Source: an uncultured Opitutales bacterium
Lineage (GTDB): Bacteria > Verrucomicrobiota > Verrucomicrobiia > Opitutales > CAYWEO01
Direction: 5' to 3'
DNA length: 30,104 bases
Assembly: GCA_964457855.1 (NCBI GenBank)
Contig: CAYWEO010000012.1
Location: 1-30,104 of the forward strand
Within the stretch, counting starts at the first letter, position 1, and each line of letters opens with the position of its first letter. The notes beneath the pieces were generated by a model that ran no database searches, was not told where the DNA came from, and was given only the letters and a program-made list of their open reading frames with translations. The position numbers and the translations under genes are program-made. Below, one piece after another: positions 14,661 through 22,170 of this stretch.

Positions 14661-14708
14661 TTCCGCTCACTCTCTCAACCGTCACAACGTTCTCGATGTG
14701 GCGGGTTT
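14661..14708 (-). pseudogene. Relic of the 3' end of a rumA/rlmD gene between LRR-like paralogs B and C
   Basis: The minus strand reads acc cgc cac atc gag aac gtt gtg acg gtt gag aga gtg, encoding TRHIENVVTVERV. This is identical to the last residues of the live gene (16574-16612). There are 34/39 nt identities, and all 5 differences are synonymous third positions. Confidence 0.75.
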
Positions 14709-14747
14709 TTTTGGGATGGGCCTCGCGTGGCGGGCTTTTTGAGGGTT

Positions 14748-14786
14748 GTCTCGCGAGGATTGGCGGATTTTCGTGAGACTTTTTTT
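14748..14786 (+). terminator. Rho-independent terminator after LRR-like paralog B
   Basis: GTCTCGCGA (14748-14756) pairs with TCGTGAGAC (14771-14779) in a 9-bp stem with one G-U pair. The loop is 14 nt, followed by T7 (14780-14786). Confidence 0.65.
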
Positions 14787-14850
14787 ATATTTACGCATTT
14801 AATTGACAGTTTCATGATTATGGTGAACTAACGATATAAGGAGTTTTTAT

Positions 14851-16551
14851 ATGAATATCGTTTATTTATCAAAAAAGGCCGCTATCGGTGTATGTTTATG
14901 CACGCTGATCGGCATTTCATCGGCGTCTGCGATGAGAGTGCGGCCGGAAGGCGATAAACGCTTTTGCAGTGTCGCTATCGTCATCGAAGACAAACTTCAG
15001 AAAGATCAGAAAGATCAGAACAATCAGAAGAGTCAGAAGGAGCAGGGTGGCGAAAGTTCCCAAACCATTGCGCTGGAAGGAGCTTCCAATGTTATCGAGT
15101 GGAAGGAAAATTCCCAACTCGTTGATTTAACGGGAGTTAGAGGGAAAAATAATCAAAAGTGCAAGGAGAAGTGCCTTTGCGATGTGTGGATTGAGTTTAA
15201 GAGTATCATGAAATTTGAGAGCGAAGGTAAGCATTCGCAGCAGAAGGGGCGCAAAACGATCTTTAAAGTCACTCCAGAATACAAACAGCAGCTGATCCAA
15301 TGGCTCTTGTCCGAATTGCGCTTTTCCAAACAATTGATTGCAGACAGCAATCGGAAGGTAGCGGACATTTTAAAGAATTCGGCAATGAAAAATGGCGTTT
15401 TGCTGATTCCCGAGTATCAGATGGATGATTTCACTAAATCATTGAAATGGATTAGCCATTTGCCTCTTCATTTGGTCAGTGATGAGGGGTCTAATAGTCG
15501 TAGTTGTTGTGTTTGGGATTTTTTCGGTAGTCAAAAGCCTGCAATCCGTGCCAAATCACTGGTCAGTCTTTTGAAAAAATGTTGGCATCTTCAAGAACTT
15601 AATGCGTGGCACCAAACTAAGCCAGACCTCTCTCTTATTTTCAGCCAAGTCCGTTTTTTTGAGGAAGAAATTCCTCAATCTGAACGTATAGATGATGATC
15701 CCATGAAGACTTTAAGCCATTGCAGTGACTGTCAATACGCCTGGTGGCTCTTTCTGAAAGAAGCGGATCAAGAAAACTTATTTCATTATTTGAGTGCCCT
15801 AAAACTGACAAAGTTGGCTCTCGGTTTTTATTGGAAGCACGAAAGTAAGAACCTAAAAACCGTGGGGGAAATCAAGCAGGTAAATTTTAAGCTTCAGCCA
15901 TTACAACACCTGAAAAGCTTACAATTGTTTATTAAGGCAGAGGACGAAGGCTCGAGTCAATTGGATTCCCTTGAATTCGATTTAAACAAATGTCCCAATC
16001 TTGAAGTGCTCGATTTACATTTTTCGGGAGTACCGTTTGGAACGGACATGCTAAAAACATCCCAACTGAGCTCTCTCAAAACTTTAAAGTTGGCGTTGCA
16101 CATGAATCACAAGACTAAAAAACAATACATGGATTTCTCTTGTTTTAAGGATTGCTCAAGTCTTGAAGTCATTCATTTGTACTTTGAATCTGGATGTCTA
16201 ACAAACCTTACATGGCTAAAAAATTTAAAAAATCTACGAGAAATCAAACTATTTATGGGCTGTCCAGTCAAGTGGTCAGTGCATGCTGCTTTCTTTCTAC
16301 CGCTGACAGAATGCAAAGAACTGAGCGTGCTCCACATCCAAAATATTCATGTAAAAGATAACAATCAATTTTATGAATTGTTGAAATCTTTCCCGTGCCT
16401 AGAAGAACTTCTCCTTGGTGAGGAAGTGGTCGATGAATATATCGGTATGAACAAAAATAAAAAGAAACTGCGGGAGAATTACTTAATCAAAAAAGAGAAC
16501 TGCCGAATCAGCGGTAAGGATAAGGTGACTGGCATCTATTATGCTAACTAG
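14851..16551 (+). CDS. Exported LRR-like protein, family 2, paralog C (with Q/K-rich 9-bp repeat tract)
   Basis: AGGAG lies 7 nt upstream of ATG 14851. The signal peptide is MNIVYLSKKAAIGVCLCTLIGISSASA/MRV. It has the shared module VDLTGVRGKNNQKCKEKCLCDVWIEFKSIMKFE. The C-terminal repeats include CPNLEVLDLHF, LSSLKTLKLAL, CSSLEVIHLYF, LKNLKNLREIKLFM and FPCLEELLLGE. Confidence 0.75.
   Translation: MNIVYLSKKAAIGVCLCTLIGISSASAMRVRPEGDKRFCSVAIVIEDKLQKDQKDQNNQKSQKEQGGESSQTIALEGASNVIEWKENSQLVDLTGVRGKNNQKCKEKCLCDVWIEFKSIMKFESEGKHSQQKGRKTIFKVTPEYKQQLIQWLLSELRFSKQLIADSNRKVADILKNSAMKNGVLLIPEYQMDDFTKSLKWISHLPLHLVSDEGSNSRSCCVWDFFGSQKPAIRAKSLVSLLKKCWHLQELNAWHQTKPDLSLIFSQVRFFEEEIPQSERIDDDPMKTLSHCSDCQYAWWLFLKEADQENLFHYLSALKLTKLALGFYWKHESKNLKTVGEIKQVNFKLQPLQHLKSLQLFIKAEDEGSSQLDSLEFDLNKCPNLEVLDLHFSGVPFGTDMLKTSQLSSLKTLKLALHMNHKTKKQYMDFSCFKDCSSLEVIHLYFESGCLTNLTWLKNLKNLREIKLFMGCPVKWSVHAAFFLPLTECKELSVLHIQNIHVKDNNQFYELLKSFPCLEELLLGEEVVDEYIGMNKNKKKLRENYLIKKENCRISGKDKVTGIYYAN
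14998..15045 (+). repeat. In-frame 9-bp tandem repeat (about 5 units) in LRR-like paralog C
   Basis: cagaaagat cagaaagat cagaacaat cagaagagt cagaaggag cag, encoding QKDQKDQNNQKSQKEQ. Confidence 0.85.
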
Positions 16552-16570
16552 GATGTGAAGAGAATTTCCC

Positions 16571-17866
16571 TCACCCCACCCTCTCGACCGTTACGACGTT
16601 TTCGATGTGGCGGGTTTGGGGGAAGAGGTCGAAGGGCTGGATCTTTTCGATGCGGAAACGGCCGGGGTAGTCTGTCAGCAGTACTTTCAGGTCGCGCGCT
16701 TGGGTATCGGGACTGCAGGAAATGTATACGATCCGTTGAGGCGCGAGGGTGATCAGTTGCTCCAGGAGCTTTTTGTCACAACCCTTTCGTGGGGGATCCA
16801 AAATGACGGCCGTTTGTAGAGGATTTTCCAAAAAGTTGGCCAGAATGCTTTCGGCCTGACCCGGTACAAACGTGCAGTTTTTGGCGCCGTTGATGCTGGC
16901 ATTGTGCGTAGCCAAACTGATGGCCTCCGGATCAATTTCCACGCCAATGACTTTTTGAAACCCTTTGTGGCTCGCAATACCGAAAATGCCGATGCCGCAA
17001 TAGATATCCAGAAGCGTTTCCAGGCCCTCCCCAGCGACTCCCTTGGCGACATACTCCACTAAGTGATTGAGAACGAAGGGGTTGTTTTGGAAAAATCCGC
17101 CTGCGTAGAACCAAAAATGCCAGGGACCAACGGTTTCGGAGACAATCGCATTGGGATCCGTCACCACTCCTTCATTGGACTTGCGGATGAGGATGGTGGC
17201 TCCTCGCTTCGGCGGTTTTTCCCAAAGACGTGAACGCGTCTCACAAAGCGCTCGATTCAGGCCTTCAATCGCAATCGCACACTCTGCAACGTCCACGAGG
17301 GCCTGCCGCGTGCCGCTTCTCAAGAACCCAATGGGGAAGCCATCGCCCCTCGGTTTTTGGAAATGAGGCGTGATTTTGGAACGGTAATGGTCCGTTTTTG
17401 GCGATCCGATGGTGGGCAGAATTTCTGTGAAAGGGAAACCTCCGATGCGTTCAAAACTGTCGCGCACGTGCTGGGCCTTCCACTTCAGCTGCTGGGCATA
17501 ATCAAGATGCTGGTACTGGCAGCCACCGCAGGTGCCAAAGTAGCTGCAGAAGGGCTTTGAGCGCCATTCTGAGGGCTCTAGGACTGCGGCAAGATCACCC
17601 TCGGAATACGTCTTATGGTTCCGGTAAATGCGTGCTGTGATCAGCTCTCCTGGGAGGGAAAAGGGCACCATGACGACCCAATTATCGACACGCCCAAGGC
17701 CGACCCCAAGATTTGTCAGGGTTTCGATACGTAGCGTGACTTCTTCGTGGTAGCTAAATGGCTGCTGGACAAAGTTTTTTGGTGGTGTGTTCACAGACGA
17801 TTTCCTGTTTAGAAAGCTTTTCGTACAATTCTTTGACGAGAGCATTTGCCCTGCAAGGCTCGACAA
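16571..17866 (-). CDS. rlmD: RumA/RlmD-type RNA (uracil-5)-methyltransferase with TRAM domain and Fe-S cysteine cluster
   Basis: It has a TRAM-like N-terminal region (EVTLRIETLTNLGVGLGRVDNWVVMVPFSLPGELITARI) and the cysteine cluster CSYFGTCGGCQYQHL. SAM-MTase motifs are LLDIYCGIGIFG and ILDPPRKG, with nucleophile region VYISCSP. The ORF-track start 17866 is TTG; ATG 17845 and GTG 17794 (AGGA upstream) are alternatives. All candidates overlap the lysC 3' end (stop 17754-17756). Confidence 0.8.
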   Translation of the reverse strand: MSSLAGQMLSSKNCTKSFLNRKSSVNTPPKNFVQQPFSYHEEVTLRIETLTNLGVGLGRVDNWVVMVPFSLPGELITARIYRNHKTYSEGDLAAVLEPSEWRSKPFCSYFGTCGGCQYQHLDYAQQLKWKAQHVRDSFERIGGFPFTEILPTIGSPKTDHYRSKITPHFQKPRGDGFPIGFLRSGTRQALVDVAECAIAIEGLNRALCETRSRLWEKPPKRGATILIRKSNEGVVTDPNAIVSETVGPWHFWFYAGGFFQNNPFVLNHLVEYVAKGVAGEGLETLLDIYCGIGIFGIASHKGFQKVIGVEIDPEAISLATHNASINGAKNCTFVPGQAESILANFLENPLQTAVILDPPRKGCDKKLLEQLITLAPQRIVYISCSPDTQARDLKVLLTDYPGRFRIEKIQPFDLFPQTRHIENVVTVERVG

Positions 17867-18947
17867 TCCATGTCAAGCGGTGTGGGAACTTAAAAATGGT
17901 TTCTTGATGATCCAGTTTGGCTTCAAATCCCTTCTCAAACATCAAATTTTCGCCGACGATGGAGACTTTAGTCACCTGATCCCGAGCGATTTGCCAGCTG
18001 AGTTTTGGGGTTTTGTGAACAAGATCCACGATAAACCCGTGATCCTCGCTGCTGAACGAGAATATGAGAGGCTTTTCTCCGCTTAAAATATCGATAGGAA
18101 TGTGCTGTTGGGCAATACCTTGAAGGAACATTTCACGCGCGATATCGGATTCGGATGAAAGCGAGCAGACATATTGGTGCTTTTTGATCGCAATTCCCTG
18201 CAAGCTGTAAAGACTGTGCATTTTTACAAACGTCCCCATGTTGCCCGTGATGTAGGAACCCACCTCGAACGCAACGTGATGCTTTTGGGCGAACTCAAGT
18301 GCCTGATGTTGCATGACTTTTGCTCCCATCGCCGCGAAAATGCAGAGATCTTTTAAGGAAACTTCGGGAATGAGTTCCGCTTCCGGGACATTGTGCGGAT
18401 CTGTGTTAAAAACGCCATCGACATCCGTGAAAATTTGACAGCAATCCGCTTGAAGGAAATGGGTGAGCGCGATGGCCGTCAAATCAGACCCGCCTCTGCC
18501 CAAAGTCGTTAAATCGCCGCTTTCTTCCGAAATCCCCTGAAATCCTGCAACGATAACAACATAACCCTGTTCGATCGCTTGCCGGATAGGAGCGGGATCG
18601 ATCCGTGTGATTTCTGCGTGACGATGGACGTTATCCGTAAAAATTTTGGCCTGGTGCGCCGTAAAAGCGATGGTTTTGACGCCCAAAGCATTTAGCGCAA
18701 TCGACAAAAGGGCACTGTTTTCCTGTTCGCCGACGCCGAGTAGCAAATCCAGCGAACGTGCATCCGGACGGTCGGAAAACTCCTTTGCCTGTTCAAGTAA
18801 ATGGTCCGTCATGCCCCCCTTTGCGGAAACGATAGTTACAACGTCATGCCCATTTATCCGTAGTTTTTGAATACGTTGGGCGATGGCTGAAATTTTTTTT
18901 GCGTTTGAAACGGATGTCCCTCCATACTTTTGAACCATTAAACTCAT
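17754..18947 (-). CDS. lysC: Aspartate kinase
   Basis: N-terminal VQKYGGTSV and TLGRGGSDLTA aspartokinase motifs, followed by a C-terminal regulatory (ACT-like) region. ATG 18945-18947 overlaps the plsY stop (ATGA overlap). Confidence 0.85.
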   Translation of the reverse strand: MSLMVQKYGGTSVSNAKKISAIAQRIQKLRINGHDVVTIVSAKGGMTDHLLEQAKEFSDRPDARSLDLLLGVGEQENSALLSIALNALGVKTIAFTAHQAKIFTDNVHRHAEITRIDPAPIRQAIEQGYVVIVAGFQGISEESGDLTTLGRGGSDLTAIALTHFLQADCCQIFTDVDGVFNTDPHNVPEAELIPEVSLKDLCIFAAMGAKVMQHQALEFAQKHHVAFEVGSYITGNMGTFVKMHSLYSLQGIAIKKHQYVCSLSSESDIAREMFLQGIAQQHIPIDILSGEKPLIFSFSSEDHGFIVDLVHKTPKLSWQIARDQVTKVSIVGENLMFEKGFEAKLDHQETIFKFPHRLTWIVEPCRANALVKELYEKLSKQEIVCEHTTKKLCPAAI

Positions 18948-19519
18948 GATTTGTGCTCACTTCCCTCCAGGAGGCGTTTGATGTTCGGGCGGTGTCGCAT
19001 GATCAGCATGGTTGCCACAAAGCAGGCAAAGAAAAAGACATCCCATCCCTTACGGAAAATAAAACAGCAGATGGGCAATGTAATCCCAAACGCCATGGAA
19101 GCGACCGATACATAACGCGTTAGTTTCCACGTTAACCACCAGATAATGGCGCCAATCAGCAGAATCCCAGGCATGAGCGCCAATACGCTACCCATCGCCG
19201 CCGAAACGCCCTTCCCTCCCCTAAAACGCAAAAAAATGGAGTAATTATGCCCCACAATGATACCAACAGCCCCAACAACGGCCATAAAATCCCCATAAAA
19301 CAGGACCAGCGGCCAAAGCGTTCCGAGGAAGCCTTTTAAAAAATCGAGTGTAAACACAATCCTTCCCGCCGTTTTCCCAACGGTTCTCTTGACGTTCGTA
19401 GCCCCCGGATTCCCACTCCCGACGCTCAAAATGTCCACACCGTAAAGTCGACTGATGATCACTGCAAAAGAGATCGAGCCGATTAGGTAGTTGGCAAGAA
19501 AGGTGAAGAAGATCCCCAT
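18944..19519 (-). CDS. plsY: Glycerol-3-phosphate acyltransferase PlsY
   Basis: 191 aa small polytopic protein. LIGSISFAVIISRLYGVDILSVGSGNPGATNVKR matches the PlsY signature (SGNxGATN). Confidence 0.85.
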   Translation of the reverse strand: MGIFFTFLANYLIGSISFAVIISRLYGVDILSVGSGNPGATNVKRTVGKTAGRIVFTLDFLKGFLGTLWPLVLFYGDFMAVVGAVGIIVGHNYSIFLRFRGGKGVSAAMGSVLALMPGILLIGAIIWWLTWKLTRYVSVASMAFGITLPICCFIFRKGWDVFFFACFVATMLIMRHRPNIKRLLEGSEHKS

Positions 19520-19547
19520 TGGAGAAAATACACGTTAAAATTAATCT

Positions 19548-20357
19548 TTAATCAAGCCCAAAATGTCGACTTGGCTGAACAAAATTGCGATTGTGCGGAT
19601 TTTGTGCAAAAAAAGCTAAAAATTGCCTCCCTTTTCCCGTTTGCGCAAGGGTGCTCGCATCCGCTGCCTTCTGGACAACGTTCAGGTTGTTTTCGTTCGC
19701 CAAATAAACGGCCTGATAACAGCTCTTGATGTCCCGAATTTCCTCGGAATTCAGGCCCCTCCGCCTAAGTCCGATTAAATTCAACCCCGAAACGCTGTCA
19801 CGCTCAGCAACCATCAAAAAATGCGGAGTGTGCTTCGTAATCGAGGCATGCCCAGCAACCATAACGCTTTCCCCAATAACGACGAATTGGTGAACGGCCG
19901 CACCCCCTCCGAAAAACGCGTAGTCTCCCACCTCCACAAATCCCGCCAACAGGGCACCATTTACGAGAATGACGTTGTTCCCCACCACGCAATCATGCGC
20001 GACGTGCGATTGCGCCATGAGATAACAATTTTCGCCAACGATCGTAAAATGGTCCCTCTGCGTTGCACGGTGGATTGTAACTCCCTCCCGAATGACCGTG
20101 TTTTTCCCGATCTTCACTCCGCTCGGCATCGTGACCTCAAACCGCAAATCCTGTGGATTCCCGCCAATCACCGCAAAGCTGTCCACCTTCACGCCCTCAC
20201 CCAAAATCGTTCCGCTACGAATAATCGTATGGCTGCCAATTGCACAATGATGCCCAATAACAGCGCCATCCTCAACGATCGCATAGGCGCCCACCGATAC
20301 CCCCTCTCCAACCTCCGCCGCACCCCCAACCAGACTGCTCGCATGCACGAAATCCAT
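19548..20357 (-). CDS. lpxA: Acyl-ACP--UDP-N-acetylglucosamine O-acyltransferase LpxA
   Basis: It has left-handed beta-helix hexapeptide repeats. SHVAHDCVVGNNVILVNGALLAGFVEVGDYAFFGGGAAVHQFVVIG closely parallels E. coli LpxA [46 protein letters not shown]. A C-terminal helical domain follows (LNLIGLRRRGLNSEEI). Confidence 0.9.
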   Translation of the reverse strand: MDFVHASSLVGGAAEVGEGVSVGAYAIVEDGAVIGHHCAIGSHTIIRSGTILGEGVKVDSFAVIGGNPQDLRFEVTMPSGVKIGKNTVIREGVTIHRATQRDHFTIVGENCYLMAQSHVAHDCVVGNNVILVNGALLAGFVEVGDYAFFGGGAAVHQFVVIGESVMVAGHASITKHTPHFLMVAERDSVSGLNLIGLRRRGLNSEEIRDIKSCYQAVYLANENNLNVVQKAADASTLAQTGKGRQFLAFFAQNPHNRNFVQPSRHFGLD

Positions 20358-20417
20358 AAACCAATAAACAACGTCCGAAAAAAAACGCGCCGTGTCGAGG
20401 GTAAAATGCGTTTTCTG

Positions 20418-20536
20418 GAGGGGGGGTATTCCGGAGAACCATTTTTTTGCAAAAAATTGGTTCTCCGGGCCTCTCCAAAAAAAACTCTTATTCGGAAGGC
20501 ATTTTTTGGCACTTTGTGCCAGAAAAATGCCTTCCG
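20418..20536. repeat. Compound palindromic repeat half-unit (G-tract + H1 + spacer + H2)
   Basis: The G-tract leader is ggagggggggtatt. H1 (20431-20468) is ccggagaaccatttttttgcaaaaaattggttctccgg. The spacer is gcctctccaaaaaaaactcttatt. H2 (20493-20536) is cggaaggcattttttggcactttgtgccagaaaaatgccttccg. Confidence 0.85.
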
Positions 20537-20732
20537 ATGTTGTTGCCCTTTAACTTATGATTTTGAGATGACAAGCAGGCGCGCGAGGTCGAGATCCTTG
20601 AGCGTATTGTGATACGTGATGAGATTGAGATCCGATGCGCAACGAACTCGCCGCTCAGAATCGAGGCCTTACCGCAACAAAAAAGAGAGCCTCACTCATG
20701 AGACCCTCCCTTTAACCTAAAGATAACTTAAA

Positions 20733-20760
20733 TTGAAACCTAAATCTTCGTTTCTAATAT
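20733..20760 (+). promoter_or_regulatory. Sigma70-like promoter pointing toward hldD, inside the repeat-bracketed 266-bp core
   Basis: TTGAAA (20733-20738), a 16-nt spacer, then TAATAT (20755-20760). The predicted leader would include the H2 and H1 hairpins (20803-20911) before ATG 20974. Confidence 0.4.
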
Positions 20761-20802
20761 AAGAGACGTCTCTTGCTAGCATTTCGTTCAAAAAAAATTC
20801 CA

Positions 20803-20911
20803 CGGAAGGCATTTTTCTGGCACGAAGTGGCAAAAAATGCCTTCCGAATAAAAATTTTTTGGCGGAAGGGTCCGGGAAACCGCCTTTTTTATAAAAAAGG
20901 GGGTTTCCCGG
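20803..20911. repeat. Compound palindromic repeat half-unit in inverted orientation (H2 + spacer + H1)
   Basis: H2 (20803-20846) is cggaaggcatttttctggcacgaagtggcaaaaaatgccttccg, 42/44 identical to the reverse complement of 20493-20536. The spacer is aataaaaattttttggcggaagggt. H1 (20872-20911) is ccgggaaaccgccttttttataaaaaagggggtttcccgg. Confidence 0.85.
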
Positions 20912-20973
20912 GAAAAGCATCCTTTTGCTTTTCTCTTGCCCTAACGAATCTATCCTGTCAATCTTTTGGGCAT

Positions 20974-21975
20974 ATGGCAAGCAAGCGGAAGAGAATTCTT
21001 GTGACTGGGGGTGCGGGGTTTATTGGGAGTGCGTTGGTGAACGAGTTGAATTGCGAGGGGCGAGCGAACATTCTTGTAGCCGATTTTTTGGGGGCTGGGG
21101 AGACGTTTAAGCATTTGATTCCGTTACGTTTTGAGGATTATATTGAGGCCGACAAGTTGCTTTCGTGGGTCCAAAATCATCCTGCACAATTGGCCGATGA
21201 GGTTCATGCCGTGTATCATCTTGGGGCGTGCGCGAACACGATGGAGCGTGACATGGGTTACCTGATCGCGAACAATTTCGAGTACACGAAGCAGTTGGCT
21301 ACGTGGGCGCTAAGGTATGATATTCCATTCGTTTATGCTTCCTCTGCAGCGACTTACGGAGACGGCTCTCAAGGAATGGAGGATTCCGCGGATGTTCTGG
21401 ACCGCTTGCGCCCCCTCAACGCTTACGCCTACTCGAAACACTTGTTCGACCAATACGCTCATCGCGCGGGAATTCTGGATCGCATCTGCGGGCTCAAGTA
21501 CTTTAACGTCTTTGGCCCCAATGAAGACCACAAGGGCGAGATGCAAAGCGTTGTCAGAAAGGCCTTTTTCCAAATCCAGACGAACGGTAAGGTACGTCTA
21601 TTTAAGAGCTATCACAAGGATTTCGCGCACGGTCAACAAAAGCGCGACTTCCTTTACGTCAAGGACGCTGTCAAAGCCACCGTGCACTGCGCAAATCAAC
21701 GCGTTACGGGCCTTGTTAACGTCGGTTCCGGCGTCGCCACCACCTGGATCGATCTCGTTACCCCCATTTTCGAGGCCCTCGACCGCCCAGTCCAAATCGA
21801 ATTCATCGATATGCCCGAGACCCTGCGCGAAAAATACCAGTACTTCACTTGCGCCAACACCCAAAAGCTGCGCTCCTCCGGCTCCCCCTCGCCCACCCCA
21901 ATCCGCCAGGCCGTCCACGACTACGTCAAAAACTACTTGCTCCCCAATCGATTTTTAGGGGATGAAAATTTATGA
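20974..21975 (+). CDS. hldD: ADP-L-glycero-D-manno-heptose 6-epimerase
   Basis: The ORF track starts at 20773, but that extension only translates the palindromic repeats. ATG 20974 gives MASKRKRILVTGGAGFIGS (Rossmann GxxGxxG). ASSAATYG, YSK, YFNVFGPNEDHKGEMQSV and KRDFLYVKD match E. coli HldD blocks (ASSAATYG, YFNVYGPREGHKGSMASV, KRDFVYVGD). Confidence 0.9.
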   Translation: MASKRKRILVTGGAGFIGSALVNELNCEGRANILVADFLGAGETFKHLIPLRFEDYIEADKLLSWVQNHPAQLADEVHAVYHLGACANTMERDMGYLIANNFEYTKQLATWALRYDIPFVYASSAATYGDGSQGMEDSADVLDRLRPLNAYAYSKHLFDQYAHRAGILDRICGLKYFNVFGPNEDHKGEMQSVVRKAFFQIQTNGKVRLFKSYHKDFAHGQQKRDFLYVKDAVKATVHCANQRVTGLVNVGSGVATTWIDLVTPIFEALDRPVQIEFIDMPETLREKYQYFTCANTQKLRSSGSPSPTPIRQAVHDYVKNYLLPNRFLGDENL

Positions 21976-21984
21976 TTCTATATT

Positions 21985-22149
21985 CGGGAACCTTTCTGTT
22001 CCATGAACAGAAAGGTTCCCGAACCCTCCAAAGAAAAGCGGTATCGGAAGGCATTTTTGCGCCTTACAGGCGCAAAAATGCCTTCCGAACAAAGATTTTT
22101 TTGGAAAGGGCCCGGGAAAACCAATTTTTGTAAAAAATGGTTTTCCCGG
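21985..22149. repeat. Compound palindromic repeat, full unit (H1-spacer-H2-spacer'-H1')
   Basis: H1 (21985-22021) is cgggaacctttctgttccatgaacagaaaggttcccg. H2 (22045-22087) is cggaaggcatttttgcgccttacaggcgcaaaaatgccttccg. H1' (22112-22149) is ccgggaaaaccaatttttgtaaaaaatggttttcccgg. The unit fills most of the hldD-holA gap. Confidence 0.9.
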
Positions 22150-22170
22150 AACGTCCTATCCTAAACTTAT

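Noticed and set aside
20556-20660. Possible gene remnant on the minus strand of the 266-bp core, reading ...ASDLNLITYHNTLKDLDLARLLVISKS-stop.
   Set aside because: The open frame is only about 45 codons, has no start codon and is bounded upstream by stops. I recognise no family, so it cannot be distinguished from chance.
20773-20973. N-terminal extension of the hldD ORF, plus ORFs 20189..20512, 20272..20478, 20717..20980, 23103..23336, 23245..23595, 10847..11113 and 10851..11060.
   Set aside because: They are translations of the palindromic repeats, with recurring pseudo-peptides such as NAFRIK, GEPFFCKK and GKPIFAKNGFPG on both strands. They have no start context and no independent coding signal.
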